Shown here in pieces: positions 9,326-18,382 of a stretch of 32,321 nucleotides of DNA. The notes under the pieces were generated by a model that was not told the DNA's origin, did no database searches, and saw nothing but the letters and a program-made list of their open reading frames with translations. Numbering within the stretch: the first letter of the stretch is position 1; the number at the start of each line of letters is the position of its first letter. The stretch is from an uncultured Clostridia bacterium. Its GTDB lineage: Bacteria > Bacillota > Clostridia > TANB77 > CAG-508. The position numbers were made by a program, and so were the translations under genes. Location: assembly GCA_944386125.1 (NCBI GenBank), contig CALWZX010000003.1:1-32321 (forward strand), written 5' to 3'.

Positions 9326-9997
9326 TTAGCTTTTTACTTCTTTTCGTTTTGCTATTACGGCCTTAATTTTTATTCCTTGTTCCATAAACATTTTTTCGTG
9401 TTCTGTCTGTATATTATCCCAAAAGTTTTCTTCATTTTCTAAATCATATGTCTTTTTAATAATCTCAAAACCTTTATCCTGAAAATAAAAAAAGCTATCT
9501 GCAAAGAGTTCATCATCGTCTGTTTTAAAATAAATTTCTCCGTCATCTACTAAGAATTCTTTATATTTTTCTAGTTGTCTTCTGTGAGTTAATCTTTTCT
9601 TTTTATGCTTTCCCTTTGGCCATGGATTACAAAAATTAATATAAATTCTTTCTACCCTATCTTCCTTTCCTAATATCATGCCAATTCTTTCAATATCCCA
9701 CCTTGTTAGATATACATTTTCAATTTCTAAATTTGCTTCTTGATAAACAGCATCTATATTTCTTTTTGCTAATCCTAACATAGCATCTACCATATCAATG
9801 GCTAAATAATTAATTTGTTTATTTTTCGATGCTAATTGTGCAATAAAACTACCTTTTCCACATCCTAATTCTAAATGAAATGGAGCCTCATTTTTATATA
9901 GAGTTCTCCACTTATTTTTATATAATTCTGGTTCATCAATATAAAATTTACTTGCTTCTAATTCTGGCCTTGCCCATGGTTTAAAACGTATTCTCAT
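9326..9997 (-). CDS. trmB: tRNA (guanine-N7)-methyltransferase
   Basis: MRIRFKPWA start, LELGCGKG SAM motif, INFCNPWPK..H.KRLT, FKTDD, TEHEKMF. Confidence 0.95.
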   Translation of the reverse strand: MRIRFKPWARPELEASKFYIDEPELYKNKWRTLYKNEAPFHLELGCGKGSFIAQLASKNKQINYLAIDMVDAMLGLAKRNIDAVYQEANLEIENVYLTRWDIERIGMILGKEDRVERIYINFCNPWPKGKHKKKRLTHRRQLEKYKEFLVDDGEIYFKTDDDELFADSFFYFQDKGFEIIKKTYDLENEENFWDNIQTEHEKMFMEQGIKIKAVIAKRKEVKS

Positions 9998-10090
9998 ATT
10001 TTTCCATCCTTTACTATTTTATTCGATTTATTATACCATATATTTTTAGCCATGACCATGGATTTATAAAAAATTTTTATCATTCACCTA

Positions 10091-10119
10091 TTTACTTTTT
10101 TTTCCAATTGTGATATACT
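10091..10119 (+). promoter_or_regulatory. SigA-type promoter of a small transcription unit
   Basis: TTTACT-17 nt-TATACT with extended -10 TG at 10111-10112. Confidence 0.65.
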
Positions 10120-10152
10120 AAAAATTACCAATTACAAAGGAGGTAAATACCT

Positions 10153-10326
10153 ATGCACACTAATAGCACCCCTTCAGCAATTGCGGGGTACAACCAGGCT
10201 TCTTTAGCAAGAAGGATTTCCAAATTAGGAATAGCCTACTTCTCAGAGGATATTGCTCCCTCTGAGAAAGCAATCATAAAGGCTATTCTCAAAGGAAATA
10301 CCTTAGAGAGTATTCAGAGAAGTTAA
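10153..10326 (+). CDS. Small 57-aa hypothetical protein (MHTNSTPSAIAGYNQASLARRISKLGIAYFSEDIAPSEKAIIKAILKGNTLESIQRS); may instead or also be a structured RNA
   Basis: Strong SD AAAGGAGGT, own promoter and terminator; not in the ORF track. Confidence 0.55.
   Translation: MHTNSTPSAIAGYNQASLARRISKLGIAYFSEDIAPSEKAIIKAILKGNTLESIQRS
10197..10324 (+). other. About 128-nt rod-like RNA structure of four stacked helices
   Basis: Pairings 10197-205/10316-324, 10212-221/10294-304, 10229-237/10280-288 and 10240-249/10259-268. Confidence 0.65.
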
Positions 10327-10328
10327 CA

Positions 10329-10370
10329 AAGGAAAACCACCATTTTTTACAAATTTGGTGGTTTTTCCTT
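10329..10370. terminator. Bidirectional terminator
   Basis: aaggaaaaccacca / tggtggtttttcctt between convergent units. Confidence 0.8.
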
Positions 10371-10375
10371 ATATA

Positions 10376-11458
10376 TTAATCTTGAACATATTCATTTAGA
10401 GGTTTTACTCTATATTGTAATTCTGCTAATTTATCTGTACTTACATATCCTGGCCTTCCATTAATAACATCTGGTATTCTATTAACAATTGTTGCACAAG
10501 TAAGTTCAACTGTATTTGGTCTAGATACTACTATTGTAGTATTTGGCTCTCCTTCTATTGTCCATTCATTTTTATCATAATCTTCTGGTGCATATACCTT
10601 TCCAATGCATTGAGATTCTATCGTAATCCCTTCTTGTGTGGTTGTTGTAACTACTGCACTCATTCCTGTTGCATCTCCTGATTTTACAGTCATTCCTAAT
10701 GTTGATGAAGCTATATCTCCATTATGTGTTTGTGGCACACATTTTTGTGTTTGTGATGTTACTGTTAGCCCTAACTTTGAACAAAGCCATCCATTAACAT
10801 TCCACATATAAGATGGGGCATATTCTCCGCTATTAATTATTTTTTGTCTTTCTTCATCACTCATTCTATCAATAGAAGCAATTTTTTTATCAAACTCTTC
10901 TAAAGTAAGACCTGCTCCATGTGCCTCAGCTAAAGCAATTCCATAGTCTTCTACATTATAAGAAGAACTTCCTGTAATTTTAGTGATTTTATGAGTTGAA
11001 GCAGCAATTGCAGAAATTAATTCTCCCCAATAAATATCTTGATATCCACTTCCTACTATTGTACATCCATTTTCTTTAGCTAGTGTATCTATTTTTTCTG
11101 TTAGTGTTGGATTAGAATTAAATGGGAAAAATGCTTCTTCACAAGTAGAAATAGCATTGATTCCTAGTTTTGCACATAGCATAAAAGCATCTTCTATGTC
11201 TTTTAGCAAGCTCATTGTAGTAACTATAACAATATCTGGCTCTACTTTTTTTAATAATTCCTCTGCATCTTTTGCATCTGTAATAGTTACTCCTTTATGT
11301 TCTCCTCCCATAACTTGACTAATGTCTTTTCCTATTACTTTTGGGTTTACATCAATTGCTCCTACAATTTCGCCACCCTTTTCATAAACGTATCTCATGG
11401 TGTAAACAGCCATTTTTCCTGTACCATATTGTACAACTCTTACTGGTCTTTTCATCAT
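10376..11458 (-). CDS. DapB-like NAD(P)-dependent dehydrogenase (2,4-diaminopentanoate dehydrogenase/Ord-like family)
   Basis: Rossmann VVQYGTGKM, TCEEAFFP, GSGYQD, C-terminal IEGEP...TCATIVNRIPDVINGRPG; SD favours ATG 11458. Confidence 0.75.
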   Translation of the reverse strand: MMKRPVRVVQYGTGKMAVYTMRYVYEKGGEIVGAIDVNPKVIGKDISQVMGGEHKGVTITDAKDAEELLKKVEPDIVIVTTMSLLKDIEDAFMLCAKLGINAISTCEEAFFPFNSNPTLTEKIDTLAKENGCTIVGSGYQDIYWGELISAIAASTHKITKITGSSSYNVEDYGIALAEAHGAGLTLEEFDKKIASIDRMSDEERQKIINSGEYAPSYMWNVNGWLCSKLGLTVTSQTQKCVPQTHNGDIASSTLGMTVKSGDATGMSAVVTTTTQEGITIESQCIGKVYAPEDYDKNEWTIEGEPNTTIVVSRPNTVELTCATIVNRIPDVINGRPGYVSTDKLAELQYRVKPLNEYVQD

Positions 11459-11527
11459 ATGCATCTTCCTTTCTTTTTTAATATATATATAAGTATTCCT
11501 ATATATTACAAATTTATACTTTTGTTT

Positions 11528-12193
11528 TTAAATTGTAGGAGGATTTTCAAATAAACCTACAATAGCATTATATAATACTGTAACAATATTTATTATTAAA
11601 TCTACTATAACTTTTATTGCTATATTTCCCTCGTAAATACTGATTAACCATTCACGTGTTGGAGGTATTACCCATAATACTGCAATTATTACTATCAAAA
11701 TTCCAATAACTAAAAGTAAGTTTAATGTTTTTTTCCATGTCCATTTTTCTTTAATTCTATATCCTAAACTTCTTAAATAATCATAGTAAGCATTTTGTTG
11801 CTGCTCATTAATTTGTTGTTGCATTTTTTGTTGCTCTCTTGCAACTCTTTCATACTCTTTTCTAAATTGCTCTTGATAATAAGCATCTTGTTGTATTTGA
11901 TTTTGCTGTATATTTTGAGATTGCTCATATATTTTATTTTGTTCTTCTATTTTTCTTTGCAATTCCCTTTTCTCTTCATTTGCTAATTCTTGGTCATATT
12001 TTGCTCTTTTATTAGCATCTGACAATATTTCATAAGCTTCATTAATCTCCTGCATTTTTTGTTTAGCCAATTCTTTATATTGTTCTTCTTGTAAATCTGG
12101 ATGATATTTTTTAGCTAATACTTTATATGCCTTTTCTATTATTTCTTGAGAAGCTTTTGGATTGACTTCTAAAATTTCATAGTATTTTTTCAT
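11528..12193 (-). CDS. J-domain (DnaJ-like) membrane protein
   Basis: YYEILEV...LAKKYHPD...[10 protein letters not shown]; Gln-rich coiled coil; C-terminal TM helices. Confidence 0.88.
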   Translation of the reverse strand: MKKYYEILEVNPKASQEIIEKAYKVLAKKYHPDLQEEQYKELAKQKMQEINEAYEILSDANKRAKYDQELANEEKRELQRKIEEQNKIYEQSQNIQQNQIQQDAYYQEQFRKEYERVAREQQKMQQQINEQQQNAYYDYLRSLGYRIKEKWTWKKTLNLLLVIGILIVIIAVLWVIPPTREWLISIYEGNIAIKVIVDLIINIVTVLYNAIVGLFENPPTI

Positions 12194-12309
12194 TGTTCCC
12201 TCTTTTATTCAAATTTTCTAGGTAAATTATATCATTTCTCTATAAAAAAGCATAGTATTTTTTGTAAAATTATGATATAATGTTTCAAAATCAATAAGGA
12301 GTGATAATT

Positions 12310-12861
12310 TTGAAATTAACATCTGACAACGAAACCTTAGCCGAAAATAAGGTATTAATATTATATATTTTAAATAAAATTGGAAAACCAATTTCTAATG
12401 ATGCACTTCTTAACTTAGTGCTTGCTGTAACAGATATGAATTATTTTTATTTTCAACAATTTTTACTTGATTTATTAGAAAATGGTTATATTATTAATTA
12501 TGTAAAAGACGATCATAGTTTTTATGATATTACTAAATTTGGTAAAGAAACCTTAGAACTTACACAAAATATCTTACCTGGTATTATTAAGTTACGTGTA
12601 GATAGTAATTTTAAAAATGAGTTAGAAACCTTTGAAGAAGAGCACTCTATTATAGCAGAATATACTCCTCGTAGTGAAGATTATTTCACAGTAAGTTGTA
12701 AAATTATTGAACATAATGATACTATTTTTGAAGTAAAAACTTTTGCCGGCTCTCGTGAACAAGCAAAAGAGATTGTAGAAAATTGGAAGAATCATGCTAA
12801 TGAAATTTATCCTGAAATTTTAAATATTTTAACCAAAAAGCAAAAAGAAAGCAATTCTTAA
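12310..12861 (+). CDS. DUF4364-like protein
   Basis: AENKVLILYIL...MNYFYFQQFLLDL...YDITKFGKETL...ENWK winged-helix-like pattern; TTG start at 12310 after AAGGAG (GTG 12301 is the alternative). Confidence 0.8.
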   Translation: MKLTSDNETLAENKVLILYILNKIGKPISNDALLNLVLAVTDMNYFYFQQFLLDLLENGYIINYVKDDHSFYDITKFGKETLELTQNILPGIIKLRVDSNFKNELETFEEEHSIIAEYTPRSEDYFTVSCKIIEHNDTIFEVKTFAGSREQAKEIVENWKNHANEIYPEILNILTKKQKESNS

Positions 12862-12879
12862 GATTGCTTTCTTTTGCTT
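12838..12879. terminator. Bidirectional terminator
   Basis: aagcaaaaagaaagcaat / attgctttcttttgctt between convergent genes. Confidence 0.75.
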
Positions 12880-12896
12880 CCTTATTCATGTGTATT

Positions 12897-14333
12897 TTAA
12901 TATTGTCTTCCCCAAACTACCATATGCTTTGCTGGTTTTCCACAGCATACACAAGTGTCTGATATATGTTCTTCTTTAAATGGAATACATCTTGATTTTG
13001 CTCCTGTTGCATTTTTGATTTTTTCTTCACATGCAGCATCACCACACCACATAGCTTTAATGTACCCTTGGTTTTCATTTAAATTTTTCTCAAATTCTTG
13101 CATACTTGTTGCTATAGTTGTTTTTTCTGCTACTCTTTTTTCGCATTCTTGGTACATAGACTGATGAATAGATTCTAAAACTTCTCCTAATTTTTCTTTT
13201 AGATTTTGTAATGGTACTTCTATTTTTTCTTGATTATCTCTTCTTACTATAATACATTTTTCTTCTTGTATATCACGTGGTCCTATTTCAATTCTTACTG
13301 GTACTCCCTTCATTTCCCAATCATTAAATTTATATCCAGGTGAAACATGATCCCTTACATCTATTTCCATTCTAAAATTTTCTTGTAAATCATTGTATAT
13401 TTCTTGTGCTTTTTCTTTTACTCCTTCTTTATGCATAGCAATTGGTACAATTACAGCTTGAATTGGTGCTACTCTTGGTGGTAATTTTAATCCTCTATTA
13501 TCTCCATGTGCCATAATAACAGCTCCAATTAACCTAGTACTAATTCCCCAAGATGTTTGATATGCATATTCTTCTTTTCCTTCTCTATTTTGAAAAGTTA
13601 CATGAAAAGGTTTTGTAAAGTTTTGACCAAAATAATGGGATGTTCCAGCTTGTAATGCTCTACCATCATGCATTAATGTCTCTACTGTATATGTTGCCTC
13701 TGCTCCTGCAAATTTTTCGCTTTCTGTTTTAATTCCTCTTAATACAGGTATTGCCAATAAATTTTCAATAACATCTGCATAAATTTCTAGCATCTGCATT
13801 GTTCTTTCTTCTGCTTCTTTTGCTGTTTCATGAATTGTATGACCCTCTTGCCATAAAAATTCTCTTGAACGTAGAAACGGTCTTGTTTCTTTTTCCCATC
13901 TTAATACACTACACCATTGATTATATACAAAAGGTAAATCTCTCCATGATTTTAACCATTTTGCATATAGGGTTGAAAAGATTGTTTCTGAAGTAGGTCT
14001 AACACAGAGTCTTTCTTCTAATTCTTCTTCCCCTCCTTGTGTTACCCATGCTACTTCTGGTGCAAATCCTTTTACATGGTCTTTTTCTTTATTTAATAAG
14101 CTTTCTGGAATAAGCACTGGAAAGTATACATTTTTTACTCCTGACTTTTTAAACTTTTCATCTGTATAATTTTTTATATTTTCCCAAATAGCATATCCAT
14201 ATGGTTTAATAGCAATAAAACCTTTTGTTTCTGTATAATCTGCAAGCTCTGCTTTCAAAACAATATCTGTATACCATTTTGCAAAATCTTCTTCTATATT
14301 CGTTATTTCCTTTACATATTCTTGATTACTCAA
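12897..14333 (-). CDS. proS: Proline--tRNA ligase (archaeal/eukaryote-like type)
   Basis: RPTSET, FLRSREFLWQEGHT, QAGTSH, SWGISTR, C-terminal Zn domain ending GRQY; TTG start at 14333 after GGAGG, overlapping the scpB stop. Confidence 0.97.
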   Translation of the reverse strand: MSNQEYVKEITNIEEDFAKWYTDIVLKAELADYTETKGFIAIKPYGYAIWENIKNYTDEKFKKSGVKNVYFPVLIPESLLNKEKDHVKGFAPEVAWVTQGGEEELEERLCVRPTSETIFSTLYAKWLKSWRDLPFVYNQWCSVLRWEKETRPFLRSREFLWQEGHTIHETAKEAEERTMQMLEIYADVIENLLAIPVLRGIKTESEKFAGAEATYTVETLMHDGRALQAGTSHYFGQNFTKPFHVTFQNREGKEEYAYQTSWGISTRLIGAVIMAHGDNRGLKLPPRVAPIQAVIVPIAMHKEGVKEKAQEIYNDLQENFRMEIDVRDHVSPGYKFNDWEMKGVPVRIEIGPRDIQEEKCIIVRRDNQEKIEVPLQNLKEKLGEVLESIHQSMYQECEKRVAEKTTIATSMQEFEKNLNENQGYIKAMWCGDAACEEKIKNATGAKSRCIPFKEEHISDTCVCCGKPAKHMVVWGRQY

Positions 14334-14964
14334 TTTTCTCTCCTCCTTCATTTTTTATGTCCTCATCATATTCTTCTTGTACCCTTACGGGTTCTGGAGC
14401 CTCTTTTTGTTGTTCTTCTAATATATCATCAATAACTATTTGTTGATTTTCATCTAATTTATATCTTGGAAGTTCTGGTAGTTCTTCTAAACTAGAAAAT
14501 CCAAACATTTTAAAGAATTCGTCTGTTACACAATAAGTGGTTGGCTTTCCTGGAGCATCTAACTTTCCAGCTTCTTGTATTAAATTAAAATCTAATAATT
14601 TATAAATGGTTCCGTCTGAGTTAACTCCTCGAATAGATTCTATTTCTGCTCTTGTAATTTTAGGATTATACGCAATAATAGATAAAGTTTCCAATGCTGC
14701 ATTAGATAAATTAGGTTTACTTCTCTTATCTAATATAGGATAAATATATTCATAAAACTGGCTATTCGTTACCATTTGATAGCCATCTTCTACTTTAATA
14801 ATTTCTATTCCCTTATTTTTATAATCTTCCCTTAAGGATTCCATTATATGAATCAAGTCTTCTTGTGATATTTCTAAAGCAGACATAAGTTCTGTTATTT
14901 TTACTACCCTCCCTGTTGCAAAAAGAATAGCCTCTACTGCTGCTTTTATTTTTTCGATTTCCAT
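14326..14964 (-). CDS. scpB: SMC-Scp complex subunit ScpB
   Basis: AAVEAILFA, LSNAALETLSIIAYNPKITRAEIESIRGV, FGFSSLEELP. Confidence 0.95.
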   Translation of the reverse strand: MEIEKIKAAVEAILFATGRVVKITELMSALEISQEDLIHIMESLREDYKNKGIEIIKVEDGYQMVTNSQFYEYIYPILDKRSKPNLSNAALETLSIIAYNPKITRAEIESIRGVNSDGTIYKLLDFNLIQEAGKLDAPGKPTTYCVTDEFFKMFGFSSLEELPELPRYKLDENQQIVIDDILEEQQKEAPEPVRVQEEYDEDIKNEGGEKIE

Positions 14965-15063
14965 ATTTGCTTCCTCTTCTCTTATTTTTCCCCTTTATTA
15001 TATTAAATTTTTTTGAATTATACAAGTCAATTACTATATTTTTCAGTATAAACAGATATTTTT

Positions 15064-15092
15064 TTACCAGAGAATAAAAATTTCTCTGGTAA
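15064..15092. terminator. Hairpin downstream of the pilin-like gene
   Basis: 11-bp perfect stem ttaccagagaa / ttctctggtaa; no clear U-tract on the minus strand. Confidence 0.5.
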
Positions 15093-15139
15093 TTGGTATT
15101 TTTTATTATTTAACAAATTATCTAATTTTGTTAGTTTTA

Positions 15140-16921
15140 CTAGGTTATTGGTATAACTACTGAACGAAATCCATCATAGAAAGTACTATCTCCAACATTT
15201 CTATTGAAAGAAAATCTACCAGTATGTTCAGACCCCAAAAAATATCCTCCCCACAATACGAATGGTCCATATAGTCCTGCAAAATATGAATAGTCATTCT
15301 CCCATGAACTAGTTCCAGTTCCAGCAATAGATACTTCTCTTATTGCATCTCCATAAATATTTGTGTTTTTCATATAATTTGCATCACTTGCTATATCCAG
15401 ATTTTCTTTATTATCCGTTTTAGAGCTACTATCTGCACTACTATCATACGGATATACCATTGTATACTTTGTACTCGTTGTTTTTAATACTTCTCCATTA
15501 TATGCTACTGACTCTCCATATTTTAATAGATTTTTATGATTATTAGCTACATAACTTGCTGTTCTTTCCCACACTCCTCCAGATAAATCATATATTCCTG
15601 TCATATTTCTTGTACTTGAAGCGCAAACACCTCCTTGTTGATTCCATCCATACATATTTCCAGTTGCTGTTGGTGTATTCCCTTGTAAAGCCTTTATTTC
15701 TTCTATTTTTACGATTGTTTCTTCTCCATCAGTTGTCCCCCCAGTCATTCCAGTTATTCCATATACGCTATCTACTCCATTTTTTCCTGTACTTACAGTC
15801 CTTGGTTGTCCTCCACTATTTAGGTTTGCATTATTTACTGCTATTTCTTAACCATTAGTTCCATACTTACTATAACTCAAATAACTGACCATCCCCCATT
15901 CACTACTTTTCATCAAATGCGTATCTGATGTGTTAGTAGTAAAACCATATATATTTCCACTTTCATTCATTGATTTACATATATTATAGGTATCGTTTAT
16001 ATTCATATAGTTCATTGTATAAGTTAGTGGTTCAAATACCGGATAACTTATCTTTGTATCTGTTTCTCCATAAATTCCGTCTAACCAATTTCTTGCTTGC
16101 TGCTCAGATTCTCCTTCTTCAGTACCTATTTCTATACCTCTTACCCATGAAGTATCTTGCGTATAACTTACTGAACTTTTTTTGCTTGGTGTAGTATTAT
16201 TTCCTTCTGGGAATCCTGCTTCAAATTTTGCTACATAGATTCCTGTAAGTTCTGCATCCCAACCTCCATTTGCAAAACCTATGCTTGTTTCATTGGTAAA
16301 TGCTGGATGTACATAATAGTCACTTGTTGTATCTACTGTTTCATCTGCTAATGTCTGTCTCTTTGCCGTTTTTAATTCTCCATTTTCATAGTAATTATCT
16401 GACGTTCCTTCTAAGAATTTTACTTCTATTACTCCACCTTCTGATTTATTTTCTGGATTAGTGTAAGTAATTTTATATGCATACCTTGGTATCCATACCC
16501 ACATACTTCCATCTTCACTCTTTGTATTTGCCCACCTTTTTTGCGAATAATCATACCAGGTATCATCATTCCAATCCGTTTCCTCAACACTTCCCATTTC
16601 TGTATCGGTTGGCTCTATAAATTTAATTGGTGTCATTCCATCAATTTGTTCTGGTGCGTTTGGTATATCTTGTCTTAGTTCTGGATTTTGTGTATTATTT
16701 CCTTGTACGATTTTATCCATTTCGTCTGTGATACTATTAAATGCCATTTGTGTATTGACTTCTGCATCATGCATAGAGTTGGCACCTTCCTGTGCTTTTC
16801 TAAATATGCCTTGATCTCCTATCACCATATTAATACTTACCGCTGCCAAAATAATTAATATCACTAGGGTTACCACAAGAGCTATTAAAGTTACGGCTTG
16901 TTCTTTTTTTACTCTTTTCAT
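15140..16921 (-). pseudogene. Type IV pilin-like N-terminus plus FGE-sulfatase/C-type-lectin-like C-terminal domain, interrupted by one in-frame TAA (15848-15850)
   Basis: ORFs 15848-16921 and 15140-15748 share a frame with an open linker (...YGTNG*EIAVNNANL...); N-term KKEQA|VTLIALVVTLVILIILAAVSI; internal WVWIPRY and VAKFEAG; C-term GIYDLSGGVWE...WGG...GFR. Confidence 0.8.
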
Positions 16922-16984
16922 ACCTACATTTTTCTCCTTCTTTTCCTTTAGTTTTCTCTTTTTTTATCTATTTATACTGTTTAT

Positions 16985-17040
16985 ATTATATATTATTTTT
17001 TCGGTTAATTCTATTACTTTTTGGTTACAGTTTTATTACA
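16985..17040 (-). promoter_or_regulatory. Conserved promoter cassette, copy B, upstream of the pilin-like gene
   Basis: Minus strand TGTAAT-aaaac-TGTAAC ... TATAAT (16985-16990); 48/56 identical to 75-130. Confidence 0.65.
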
Positions 17041-17144
17041 GTTATGTTTCATTTTTTTATTCCTTTATCTCTCTTTTTTTGTAAATTACTTGCAATTTTT
17101 CGATTTTATTATATAATATAGTTAAATTTTTTAAGAGGTGTAAT

Positions 17145-18149
17145 ATGGAAGAAGAAAATAAAAAAGTAAAAAAAGGATTAAAAACATGGGTAAAAGTTGT
17201 TATCGCTGTAGTAATTATTTTAGTTTTACTTATAGTAGGTTTATGTGTTGCTGGCTGGTGGTATGTTAATAGTAAATTAGATAAAATGGACTATGTTGAA
17301 CTACCTGCAAATGAAATTGCTGTAAATACCGAAGTTGTAGAAAGCTCTAATGTAAGTGAATATCGAAATATCGCATTACTTGGAATTGATGCTCGTTCTG
17401 ATACTTTCTCTGGTTCTAGAAGTGATTGTATTATTATTGTTAGCATTAATAACAATACTAAAGATGTTAAATTGCTTTCTGTATATCGTGACACATATAT
17501 GAATATTGATGGTTATGGATTAGATAAAGTAACACATGCTTATGCATATGGAGGTCCACGTCTTGCACTAAGTACCCTAAATCAAAATTTAGATTTAAAT
17601 ATTACAGAATTTGTAACAGTTAACTTTGATACTGTAAGAACTGTTGTAGATGCAATTGGTGGCGTTCCTATTACAGTTACAACTGAAGAGGCTTCTAAAA
17701 TTTCAGGCATTTCTTCTGCTGGTACTTATAACTTAAATGGTGATCAAGCTTTAGCTTATTCACGTATTAGAAAAATTGATACAGATTATAAAAGAACAGA
17801 ACGTATGAGAACCGTATTAGATGCAATTTTCTCAAAAGTTAAAACTTTAAGTATAACTGAATTAAATAATTTAGTTGATACAGTATTACCTCATGTTTCT
17901 ACTAATATTACTAAGAATGAAATTATTAGTTTATTACCATCTATTATTTCTTATAATATTACAGATAGTGAAGGTTGGCCTTATACTGTTCAAGGTATTA
18001 CTTTAGATAGATGGTATGGTGTTCCTGTTACTCTAGAAGAAAATGTAAAACAATTACATGCTAATTTATTTGGAGAAACAGATTATGAGCCTTCTTCTAC
18101 AGTAAAAGAAATTAGTAATTCTATTATTCAAAAAACTGGATATCGTTAA
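17145..18149 (+). CDS. LytR-CpsA-Psr (LCP) family protein
   Basis: N-terminal TM; NIALLGIDAR...RSDCIIIV..LLSVYRDTY...KVTHAYAYGG...LNGDQALAYSRIR..DYKRTER. Confidence 0.94.
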   Translation: MEEENKKVKKGLKTWVKVVIAVVIILVLLIVGLCVAGWWYVNSKLDKMDYVELPANEIAVNTEVVESSNVSEYRNIALLGIDARSDTFSGSRSDCIIIVSINNNTKDVKLLSVYRDTYMNIDGYGLDKVTHAYAYGGPRLALSTLNQNLDLNITEFVTVNFDTVRTVVDAIGGVPITVTTEEASKISGISSAGTYNLNGDQALAYSRIRKIDTDYKRTERMRTVLDAIFSKVKTLSITELNNLVDTVLPHVSTNITKNEIISLLPSIISYNITDSEGWPYTVQGITLDRWYGVPVTLEENVKQLHANLFGETDYEPSSTVKEISNSIIQKTGYR

Positions 18150-18152
18150 ATC

Positions 18153-18181
18153 TTGCACTCTTTATAAGAATATGATACAAT
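18153..18181 (+). promoter_or_regulatory. SigA-type promoter of a small ORF
   Basis: TTGCAC-17 nt-TACAAT with extended -10 TG. Confidence 0.65.
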
Positions 18182-18215
18182 CAATTTAAGTTCTTGGTAG
18201 AAAGGATGATGTGTA

Positions 18216-18359
18216 GTGGATAATAAAGATATTGAAGTTGTTTCTGGAGATGGTAATTTAAATATTTCTCCAGTTTATGATAATATAGATATTGAAAGAC
18301 CTAAAGAGGAAAAAGAAAAGAAGAACATTATAATTCCAGAAGAAAAAAAGAAGAGATAA
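18216..18359 (+). CDS. 47-aa hypothetical protein (MDNKDIEVVSGDGNLNISPVYDNIDIERPKEEKEKKNIIIPEEKKKR)
   Basis: AGAAAGGA SD, GTG start, own promoter and terminator, host-like codon usage; not in the ORF track. Confidence 0.7.
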   Translation: MDNKDIEVVSGDGNLNISPVYDNIDIERPKEEKEKKNIIIPEEKKKR

Positions 18360-18380
18360 AATCTCTTCTTTTTTTCTTCT
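18338..18380. terminator. Bidirectional terminator
   Basis: 20-bp perfect inverted repeat 18338-18357 / 18361-18380. Confidence 0.75.
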
Positions 18381-18382
18381 TT

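Noticed and set aside
10126-10370. SRP RNA or 6S RNA
   Set aside because: No SRP domain IV/GGAA motif; no clear large central bubble with paired 5' and 3' ends as in 6S. An Rfam scan is needed to exclude fully
15140-15300. Complete diversity-generating retroelement
   Set aside because: No reverse transcriptase, accessory gene or template repeat found in the window
15848-15850. Stop-codon reassignment explaining the internal TAA
   Set aside because: TAA is the normal stop of conserved genes here (glmS, sigA, proS)
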